A DNA stretch of 64,000 bases, from positions 5,704,001 through 5,768,000 of the forward strand of contig NC_091289.1 in NCBI RefSeq assembly GCF_032444005.1, read 5' to 3'. A program made the position numbers and the translations under genes. The DNA comes from Ranitomeya imitator. Taxonomy: Eukaryota. Positions within the stretch are counted from its first letter, which is position 1, and each line of letters opens with the position of its first letter. Under the pieces are notes generated by a model. That model was not told where the DNA came from. It saw only the letters and a list, made by a program, of their open reading frames with translations, and made no database searches. Positions 49,105 through 59,274 of the stretch are shown here, piece by piece.

Positions 49105-51815
49105 CAATACAGCAGTATTATAGTAGTTATATTCCTGTACATAGGAGCAGTATTATAGTAGTTATATTCTTGTACATAGGAGCAGTATTATAGTAGTTAT
49201 ATTCCTGTACATAGGAGCAGTATTATAGTAGTTGTATTCTTGTACATAGGAGCAGTATTATAGTAGTTATATTCTTGTACATAGAGGGCAGTATTATAGT
49301 AGCTATATTATTGTACATAGGAGCAGTATAATAGTAGTTATATTCTTGTACATAGGAGGTAGTATTATAGTAGCTATATTCTTGTACATGGGGCAGTATT
49401 ATAGTAGTTATATTCTTGTACATGGGGAAGTATTATAGTAGTTGTATTCTTGTACTTAGGGGCACTATTATAGTAGTTATATTCTTGTACATAGGAGCAG
49501 TATTATAGTAGTTATATTCTTGTAGATAGGGGCAGTATTATAGTGGTTATATTCTTGTACATAGGGGCAGTATTATAGTAGTTATATTCTTGCACATAGG
49601 GGCAGTATTATAGTAGTTATATTCTTGTACATAGGGGCAGTATTATAGTAGTTATATTCTTGTACATAGGAGCAGTATTATAACAGTAATATTCTTGTAC
49701 ATAGGAGCAATATTATAGTAGTTATATTCTTGCACATAGGGGCAGTATTATAGTAGTTATATTCTTGTACATAGGAGCAGTATTATAGTAGTTATATTCT
49801 TGTATATAGGAGCAGTATTTTAGCAGTAATATTCTTGTACATAGGAGCAATATTATAGTAGTTATATTCTTGTACATAGGGGCAGTATTATAGTAGTTAT
49901 ATTCTTGTACATAGGAGCAGTATTATAGTAGTTATATTCTTGTACATAGGAGCAGTATTATAGTAGTTATATTCTTGTACATAGGAGCAGTATTATAGTA
50001 GTTATATTCTTGTACATAGGGGCAGTATTATAGTAGTTATATTCTTGTATATAGGGGGCAGTATTATAGTAGTTATATTCTTGTATATAGTGGCAGTATT
50101 AGTATTAGTCTAAGGGTTTTTCCGTCTGTCTGTCTGTCTGTCTGTCTTTCTGTCTGTCTGTTCTGGAAATCCCGGCTCTCTGATTGGTCGAGGCCGCCAG
50201 GCCTCGACCAATCAGAGACCGGCACAGCATCAACGTAGAAATCCCGCGTCTCTGATTGGTCGAGGCCGCCAGGCCTCGACCAATCAGCAACAGGCACAGC
50301 GACGATGATGTCATAAAGGACGTAGAAATCCCGCGTCTCTGATTGGTCGAGGACGGCAGGCCTCGACCATTCAGCAACGGGCACAGCGACGATGATGTCA
50401 TAAAGGACGTAGACATCCCGCGTTTCTGATTGGTCGAGGCCGCCAGGCCTCGACCAATCAGCGACGGGCAGAGCGACAATGATGTCATAATGGTTGCCAT
50501 GGCGACGATGTCATAAAGGTTGCCTCGACCAATCAACGACAGGCACAGTCTGCCGCGAATTCTGGAATCATCATTGTCCATATACTACGGGGACATGCAT
50601 ATTCTAGAATACCCGATGCGTTAGAATCGGGCCACAATCTAGTAGTAGTTATATTCTTGTACATAGGGGCAGTATTATAGTAGTTATATTCTTGTACATA
50701 GGGGCAGTATTATAGTAGTTATATTCTTGTACGTAGGAGCAGTATTATAGTAGTTATATTCTTGTACATAGGAGCAGTATTATAGTAGTTATATTCTTGT
50801 ACATAGGAGCAGTATTATAGTAGTTATATTCTTGTACATAGGGGCAGTATTATAGTAGTTATATTCTTGTTTATAGGAGCAGTATTATAGTAGTTATATT
50901 CTTGTACATAGGGGAAGTATTATAGTAGTTATATTCTTGTACATAGGAGCAGTATTATAGTAGTTATATTCTTGTACATAGGGGCAGTATTATAGTAGTT
51001 ATATTCTTGTATATAGGAGCAGTATTATAGTAGTTATATTCTTGTACATAGGGGAAGTATTATAGTAGTTATATTCTTGTACATAGGGGCAGTATTATAG
51101 TAGTTATATTCTTGTATATAGGGGCAGTATTATAGTAGTTATATTCTTGTACATAGGAGCAGTATTATAGTAGTTATATTCTTGTACATAGGGGCAGTAT
51201 TATAGTAGTTATATTCTTGTATATAGGGGCAGTATTATAGTAGTTATATTCTTGTACATAGGGGCAGTATTATAGTAGTTATATTCCTGTACATTGGTAG
51301 CAGTATTATAGTAGTTATATTCTTGTACATAGTGGCTGTATTATAGTAGTTATATTCTTGTACATAGCGGCAGTATTATAGTAGTTATATTCTTGTACAT
51401 AGTGGCAGTATTATAGTAGTTATATTCTTGTACATAGTGGCAGTATTATAGTAGTTATATTCTTGTATATAGGGAGCAGTATTATAGTAGTTATATTCTT
51501 ATACATAGGAGCAGTATTATAGTAGTTATATTCTTTTACATAGGAGCAGTATTATAATAGCTATATTCTTGTACATAGGAGCAGTATTATAGTAGTTATA
51601 TTCTTGTACATAAGGGGCAGTATTATAGTAGTTATATTCTTGTACATAGGAGCAGTATTATAGTAGTTATATTCTTGTACATAGGAGCAGTATTATAGTA
51701 GTTATATTCTTGTACATAGGAACAGTATTCTAGTAGTTATATTCTTTTACATAGGGGGCAGTATTATAGTAGTTATATTCTTGTATATAGGAGCAGTATT
51801 ATAGTAGTTATAATA
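49105..51815. repeat. 35-bp AT-rich satellite (second block), interrupted by a Helitron fragment
   Basis: Same unit as 44630-45970. Confidence 0.95.
50105..50642 (+). mobile_element. Non-autonomous Helitron (3' end intact)
   Basis: 3' hairpin CCCGAT-gcgttaga-ATCGGG followed by CTAG|T. Internal (TGTC)n and repeated CTGATTGGTCGAGG...CCTCGACCAATCAG palindromes. The 5' TC end is not clear. Confidence 0.7.
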
Positions 51816-52056
51816 TTGTGTAGAATGTCCCTGGTGATCCCTGTATTACCTGTACACTGACACTATATACAGATCATCTATGTATAATGTCACTGGTAAT
51901 CACTGTGTTACCTGTACACTATACACTATATACAGAGCTCCTGTGTATCATGTCACCTATGATCACTGTATTACTTGTGCACAACACTATATGCAGAGCT
52001 CCTGTGTATAATGTCACTGGTGATCGCTGTATTACTTGTACACTGACACTATACAC

Positions 52057-52240
52057 CAGGGGTGTCAAACTGCATTCCTCGAGGGCTGCAAACAGGTCAT
52101 GTTTTCAGGATTTCCTTGTACTGCACAGGTGATAATTTAATCACCTACACACAATGATTGCAGCACCTTGTGCAATGCTAAGGAAATCTTGAAAACACGC
52201 AAGGTTTGCGGCCCTCGAGGAATGCAGTTTGACACCCCTG
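52057..52240. mobile_element. hAT MITE with a perfect 8-bp TSD
   Basis: TIR caggggtgtcaaactgcattcctcgaggg / ccctcgaggaatgcagtttgacacccctg. CTATACAC on both sides. Confidence 0.92.
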
Positions 52241-52329
52241 CTATACACTTTGTAATATATAAGCTCCTGTGTATAATGGCACTTATGGTAAAATTACTAT
52301 TGTTTTTAATGATCAGTATTGTAGCATTC

Positions 52330-55190
52330 GGTCACTATGTAATATATGATACGGCCATGGGGTGGAGGTATTTGTCCCTTGTATGTGGTATTATTCGGTC
52401 ACTATGTGGTGGTGTTATGTGGTCTGGTCATGGTGTGGTGGTATTTGATCCTTGTATGTGGTATTATGTGGTCACTATATGGTGGTAATATGTAGTCTGA
52501 TTATGGTGTGGTGGTATTTGTCCCTTGTATGTGGTATTATTCGGTCACTATGTGGTGGTTTTATGTGGTCTGGTCATGGAGTGGTGGTATTTGATCATTG
52601 TATGTGGTATTATTTGGTCACTATGTGGTGGTAATATGTAGTCTGGTTATGGTGTGGGGGTATTTGTCCCTTGTATGTGGTATTATTCGGTTACTATGTG
52701 GTGCTAATATGAGGTGTGTTCATGGTATGGCGGCATTTGTCCCTTGTTTGTGGCATTATAGGTCACTATGTGGTGATAAAATGTAGTCTGGTCATGGTGT
52801 GGTGGTATTTGTCCCTTGTATGTGGTATTATTTAGTTACTATGTGGTGGCAATATGTGGTCTGGTCATGGTTTGGGGGTATTTGTCCCTTGTATGTGGTA
52901 TTATTCGGTTACTATGTGGTAGTAATATGTGGTCTGTCATGATGTGATGGTATTTGTCCCTTGTATTGGGTATTATTCGGTTACTATGTGGTGGTAATAT
53001 GTGGTCTGGTCATGGTGTGGCAGTATTTGTCCCTTGTATGTGGTGTTATTCAGTCACTACGTGGTGGTAATATGTGGTCTGGTCATGGTGTGGCAGTATT
53101 TGTCCCTTGTATGTGGTGTTATTCAGTCACTACGTGGTGGTAATATGTGGTCTGGTCATGGTGTGGGGGTATTTTTCCCTTGTATGTGGTATTATTTGGT
53201 TACTGTGTGGTCGTAATATGTGATCTGGTCATGGTGTGGGGGTATTTGTCCCTTGTATGTGGTATTATTCGGTTACTATGTGGTGGTAATATGTGGTGCG
53301 GGCAGCCGTTTACTGTAATGGATAGGTTCGTTGGGGGGTGACGTGAGATGGGGGAAAGACAATGAATTCTGTTTTGTCCATGTTAAGTTTAAGAAATCTA
53401 GCGGAGAAGAAGGCTGAAATAGCGGATAGACATTGAGGGATTCTGGTTAGTAGGGAGGTGATATCTGGTCCAGAGATGTAGATCTGTGTGTCATCAGCAT
53501 AGAGATGATACTGAAAGCCATGAGATTCTATGAGCTGTCCCAGGCCAAAGGTGTAAATGGAGAAGAGCAGGGGCCCTAGGACTAAACCTTGCGGGACTCC
53601 GACAGATAGGGGGCGAGGTGAGGAGGTGGTGTGTGAGTGGGAGACGCTGAATGTCCGGGCTGTTAGGTATGACGAGATCCAGGATAGGGCCAAGTCTGTG
53701 ATGCCAAGGGATGAGAGGGAATGTAATAATAGGGAATGGTCCTCTGTGTCAAAGGCAGCCGACAGGTCGAGGAGGAGGAGGACAGAGTAGTGTCGCTTGC
53801 TCTTGGCGGTTAATAGATCATTGGTGACCTTAGTTAGGGCAGTTTCAGTGGAGTGGTGTGACCAGAAGCCTGATTGTAAGCGGTCGAAAAGGTAACAGGA
53901 AGAGAGATGGGAGGACAGTTCAAGATGGACGTGTTGTTCCAGTAGTTTTGAGGCATAGGGGAGAAGTGATATAGGGCGATAGCTAGATACAGAGGATGGG
54001 TCGAGAGAGGGCTTTTTGAGGATAGGTGTGATGGAGGCATGTTTAAAGCTTGAGGGGAAAACACCAGTTGTTAGTGATAGGTTGAAAAGATAGGCTAGGG
54101 TTGGGATGAAGACTGTGGCGAGGTTTGGGATGAAGTGGGAAGGGATCGGCCAAGTGCACAGGTGGTGAGATGCGATCTTGAGAGTAGAGTGAAGAGTTGA
54201 TCTTCTATAATAGTGGAGAAGTTGGTTTTCGAGGAGGAGGGTTGGGTAGTTAGGAGGAAGGGCTCTGGGGTCTGATCTGGTCATGTTGTGATGGTGGTAT
54301 TTAATCCTTGTATGTGGTATTATTCGGTCACTATGTGGTGGTATTATGCGATCTGGTCATGGTGTGACAGTATTGTTCCTTATATGTGGTATTATTCGGT
54401 TACTATGTGGTGGTAATATGTGAGCTGGACATGGTGTGGTGGCAGTTGTCCCTTGTATGTGGTATTATTTGGTCACTGTGTGGTGGCAGTATGTGATCTG
54501 GTTATGGTGTGGGGGTATTTGCCCCTGGTATGTGGTATTGTTTGGTCACTCTGTGGTGGTAAGTGGTCTGGTAATGGTGCGACAGTATTTGTCCCTTGTA
54601 TGTGGTATTATTCGGTTATTATGTGGTGGTAATATGTGATCTGGTCGTGGTGTGACAGTATTGTTCCTTATATGTAGTATCAGCTACTATGTGGTGGTAA
54701 TATGTGGGCTTGACATGGTGTGGTGGTATTTGTCCCTTGTATGTGGTATTATTTTGTTACTATGTGGTGGTAATATGTGATCTGGTCATGTGTCGTGGTA
54801 TTTGTCCCTTATATATGGTATTATTTGGTCACTGGTGGTAATATGTGGTCTGGTCACGGTGTGACAGTATTGTTCCCTATATGTAGTATTTTTCAGTTAC
54901 GATGTGGTGGTAATATGTGATCTGGTCATAGTGTGGTGGCATTTGTTCCTTGTATGTGGTATTATTTGGTCACTATGTGGTGGTGGTATGTGGTCTGGTC
55001 ATGATGTGGCGGTATTTGTCCCTTGTATGTGGTATTATTTGGTCACTATGTGGTGGTGGTATGTGGTCTGGTCATGGTGTGGTTGTATTTCTCCCTTGTA
55101 TGTGGTATTATTAGGTCACTATGTGGTGGTGGTATGTGGTCTGGTCATGTGTGACAGTATTTGTTCCTTGCATGTTGTATTATTGTTCAT
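52330..55190. repeat. About 73-bp TG-rich tandem repeat (about 26 copies)
   Basis: Unit ATGTGGTCTGGTCATGGTGTGGTGGTATTTGTCCCTTGTATGTGGTATTATTCGGTCACTATGTGGTGGTAAT. Reverse-complement copies at 32340-32560. Confidence 0.9.
53299..54272 (-). pseudogene. L2-clade LINE reverse transcriptase, internal fragment
   Basis: [18 protein letters not shown]...YRPISLLP...LQSGF...STETAL...LDLSAAFDT...[13 protein letters not shown]...YADDTQIY...LKLNMDKTE. Truncated at both ends. Confidence 0.92.
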
Positions 55191-55303
55191 TTAAAAATAA
55201 TGTATGTGACACATTCCCTTAAAGAAAATACACAAAAATATAACTAATATGAGTATTGGATATTTTAGCAAATATTTAATGGGTTAAAGTAGGGTAGGGT
55301 ATG

Positions 55304-56110
55304 TGTTATGACCTGGTGGTCAGGACAATAATGGACCTGGTGGTTAAGAGCACACGGAATGACCAGATAGTTACTGATAATAAAGTACGAGCTCTGGGAC
55401 GTGGGAACTCTGCTGACCGCAATCCCTAATCCTATCAAACACACTAGAAATAGCCGTGGATTGCGCCTAACGCTCCCTATGCAACTCGGCACAGCCTAAG
55501 GAACTAGCTAGCCCTGAAGATAGAAAAATAAAGCCTACCTTGCCTCAGAGAAATTCCCCAAAGGAAAAGGCAGCCCCCCACATATAATGACTGTGAGTAA
55601 AGATGAAAATACAAACACAGAGATGAAATAGATTTAGCAAAGTGAGGCCCGACTTACTGAACAGACCGAGGATAGGAAAGGTTACTTTGCGGTCAGCACA
55701 AAAACCTACAAAAAGACCACGCAGAGGGCGCAAAAAGACCCTCCGCACCGACTCACGGTGCGGAGGCGCTCCCTCTGCGTCCCAGAGCTTCCAGCAAGCA
55801 AGACAACAATAAAAATAGCAAGCTGGATAGAAAAATAGCAAACCAAAGAAATACAAGCTGGAACTTAGCTTCTGCTGGGAAGACAGGTCACAAGAACGAT
55901 CCAGGAGTGAACTAGACCAATACTGGAACATTGACAGGTGGCATGGAGCAAAGATCTAAGTGGAGTTAAATAGAGCAGCCAGCTAACGACTTAACCTCGT
56001 CACCTGAGGAAGGAAACTCAGAAACACCCACCAGAGGAAGTCCATGGACAGAACCAGCCGAAGTACCATTCATGACCACAGGAGGGAGCCCGACAACAGA
56101 ATTCACAACA
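55304..56110 (-). mobile_element. Solo LTR of the same gypsy family as 4126-4934
   Basis: tgttatga...tcacaaca. Long shared blocks with the 4126-4934 LTR. GGTATG on both flanks. Confidence 0.9.
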
Positions 56111-57318
56111 GGTATGGCCAAAAGAGTCTACCTAGTCATGGTGGCTTAAAAAAAACCCTTGTAGCCAAAGCAAAAGCTGCTGGCTGTGTATGTGATCTGG
56201 TGTTAGATGGGAATGATAATGTGTGATTGGGGAGGACGTGGTGCAGATGAGGAGTTTCTCTATGAGTGGGCGGTGGGACTGTGGAATTGTCCAGGGTTGG
56301 CGGCGGAGTTGGTGTGGAACCTGGGTGGAGTCTCAATGGGGCCCGAAAATGTTGCCAGTATGGGGCCCCGAAATTCCTGGTGGCAGCCCTGGGCATTAGT
56401 ACAGAAGTCTATGAATCGTCCCCTTGTGTCTGGGTCGCCCTGTACCGTGTCTTACAATGTGCCGCCCTTTCAGCCTCGGGAGTCTGCACGTTGTGTACGG
56501 GGCCGCGCTGTGACCCTGGGTTTGGATGCTTTTCTTTCTTTGCTGCCCGTGGGAACAAGAATGTGTTAATGACTGAGGATTGTAATAGAACCGGTTGCCT
56601 CAGGATTTCTCATGACTGATTATTAAGCTGTAAATAAATGACTTGGCGCGGGAAGAGGAGTATTTGATAACAAAAGGAATAGTGGGCGCCACCGGTGAGA
56701 GATCGAGCGTGACGGTAACAAGCGGACGACTTCCAGCGGATAATGCGCGGCTGCTTTTCAGAAATACTTGGTAACCTTAGGGGACTTGTGTTGTGTCGGG
56801 ATCTATGGAGATGAATGTACCCGAGGCCACAAAGCCTCCATTGTGACTGGGGCAGGTAACAGGGACGTGCCAGGGCCAAGGAATCACCTGAGCGCTCCGC
56901 GGTGGGGCCCTCGGGACACAATCTGTGACTTGTGCCAGGAACGGTTCTTACGCTTCACTGGACGTTCGTGTTCCCAGAAGGATGGAGGTTACATTACATC
57001 AGGGCAGATTGCGGCAGAGATGACCTCTATCCTTCTAAACTAAGGCCACATAAGAAGAAGAGAATCTCTGCGGGAGGCCGAGGACTGGAGGCTCCTGGAA
57101 GCAACCAGAATGTGCCATGTCCCTGCGTCCACTGAGAGAGCGGTCATGTGTTTACATGGTATAGCGCCCCCTGGTGCGCACAGTGTGTATTAATGTGCAC
57201 ATCCCCCTCTGTTTATAGCGCCCCCTGGTATGCACAGTGTGTATTAATGGGCACAAACCCCTCTGTATATAGCGCCCCTGGTGCGCACAGTGTGTATTAA
57301 TGGGCACATCCCTCTATA

Positions 57319-58923
57319 CAGTGGGGCAAAAAAGTATTTAGTCAGTCAGCAATAGTGCAAGTTCCACCACTTAAAAAGATGAGAGGCGTCTGTAATTTAC
57401 ATCATAGGTAGACCTCAACTATGGGAGACAAACTGAGAAAAAAAATCCAGAAAATCACATTGTCTGTTTTTTTAACATTTTATTTGCATATTATGGTGGA
57501 AAATAAGTATTTGGTCAGAAACAAAATTTCATCTCAATACTTTGTAATATATCCTTTGTTGGCAATGACAGAGGTCAAACGTTTTCTGTAAGTCTTCACA
57601 AGGTTGCCACACACTGTTGTTGGTATGTTGGCCCATTCCTCCATGCAGATCTCCTCTAAAGCAGTGATGTTTTTGGCTTTTCGCTTGGCAACACGGACTT
57701 TCAACTCCCTCCAAAGGTTTTCTATAGGGTTGAGATCTGGAGACTGGCTAGGCCACTCCAGGACCTTGAAATGCTTCTTACGAAGCCACTCCTTCGTTGC
57801 CCTGGCGGTGTGCTTTGGATCATTGTCATGTTGAAAGACCCAGCCACGTTTCATCTTCAATGCCCTTGCTGATGAAAGGAGGTTTGCACTCAAAATCTCA
57901 CGATACATGGCCCCATTCATTCTTTCATGTACCCGGATCAGTCGTCCTGGCCCCTTTGCAGAGAAACAGCCCCAAAGCATGATGTTTCCACCACCATGCT
58001 TTACAGTAGGTATGGTGTTTGATGGATGCAACTCAGTACTCTTTTTCCTCCAAACACGACAAGTTGTGTTTCTACCAAACAGTTCCAGTTTGGTTTCATC
58101 AGACCATTGGACATTCTCCCAAAACTCCTCTGGATCATCCAAATGCTCTCTAGCAAACTTCAGACGGGCCCGGACATGTACTGGCTTAAGCAGTGGGACA
58201 CATCTGGCACTGCAGGATCTGAGTCCATGGTGGCGTAGTGTGTTACTTATGGTAGGCCTTGTTACATTGGTCCCAGCTCTCTGCAGTTCATTCACTAGGT
58301 CCCCCCGCGTGGTTCTGGGATTTTTGCTCACCGTTCTTGTGATCATTCTGACCCCACGGAGTGGGATTTTGCGTGGAGCCCCAGATCGAGGGAGATTATC
58401 AGTGGTCTTGTATGTCTTCCATTTTCTAATTATTGCTCCCACTGTTGATTTCTTCACTCCAAGCTGGTTGGCTATTGCAGATTCAGTCTTCCCAGCCTGG
58501 TGCAGGGCTACAATTTTGTTTGTGGTGTCCTTTGACAGCTCTTTGGTCTTCACCATAGTGGAGTTTGGAGTCAGACTGTTTGAGGGTGTGCACAGGTGTC
58601 TTTTTATACTGATAACAAGTTTAAACAGGTGCCATTACTACAGGTAATGAGTGGAGGAAAGAGGAGACTCTTAAAGAAGAAGTTACAGGTCTGTGAGAGC
58701 CAGAAATCTTGAGTGTTTGTTTCTGACCAAATACTTATTTTCCACCATAATATGCAAAAAAAATGATTAAAAAACAGACAATGTGATTTTCTGGATTTTT
58801 TTTTCTCAGTTTGTCTCCCATAGTTGAGGTCTACCTATGATGTAAATTACAGACGCCTCTCATCTTTTTAAGTGGTGGAACTTGCACTATTGCTGACTGA
58901 CTAAATACTTTTTTGCCCCACTG
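57319..58923 (-). mobile_element. Full-length Tc1 element (about 205-bp IR/DR-type TIRs, TA TSD)
   Basis: ta|cagtggggcaaaaaagtatttagtc ... gactaaatacttttttgccccactg|ta. Confidence 0.97.
57534..58556 (-). CDS. Intact Tc1 transposase, 340 aa, DD34E
   Basis: [10 protein letters not shown]..., paired-like HTH, GAPRK linker, [26 protein letters not shown], ending GYITKY*. No stops or frameshifts. Confidence 0.95.
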   Translation of the reverse strand: MVKTKELSKDTTNKIVALHQAGKTESAIANQLGVKKSTVGAIIRKWKTYKTTDNLPRSGAPRKIPLRGVRMITRTVSKNPRTTRGDLVNELQRAGTNVTRPTISNTLRHHGLRSCSARCVPLLKPVHVRARLKFAREHLDDPEEFWENVQWSDETKLELFGRNTTCRVWRKKSTELHPSNTIPTVKHGGGNIMLWGCFSAKGPGRLIRVHERMNGAMYREILSANLLSSARALKMKRGWVFQHDNDPKHTARATKEWLRKKHFKVLEWPSQSPDLNPIENLWRELKVRVAKRKAKNITALEEICMEEWANIPTTVCGNLVKTYRKRLTSVIANKGYITKY

Positions 58924-59274
58924 TATATGGCGCCCCCTGGTGTGCACAGTGTATATTAATGGGCACATCCCCCCCTCTGAGTATAGCGCCCCCTGGTGTG
59001 CACAGTGTATATTAATGGCATGTATATCCATGACTGGGATCAGTGTAGATCTTATCTGGTGGAAGGTGTTAAAGTAGATGTTACCAGGCTGAATGTATTT
59101 TATCTTAAAAAAAAAAAGAAAAAAAAGCCTCTGGTTTGCTGGCCCCAGCTGCCAAATTATCCTCAATCAGCTCACACAATCCATCTCTTCTGACCCAGCA
59201 GTTTGGACTATAAATTTATAAATTATAAATTTGTAAATAAATAATAAATGTAAATAAATTTATAAATAAACAGT

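Larger units (their letters stand above)
37290..51815. repeat. Local tandem/segmental duplication of a composite unit (partial copy 37290-39135; copies 39136-45967 and 45968-51815)
   Basis: Near-identical blocks recur at 37.3/39.1/46.0 kb, 41.9/47.9 kb and 44.0/48.5 kb. Each is followed by a 31-bp purine-rich repeat and/or the 35-bp satellite. Confidence 0.9.
57160..59020. repeat. About 55-bp tandem repeat with a near-consensus CTCF motif (57160-57316 and 58925-59020), split by the Tc1
   Basis: Unit contains TAGCGCCCCCTGGTG, whose reverse complement is CACCAGGGGGCGCTA. Confidence 0.8.
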
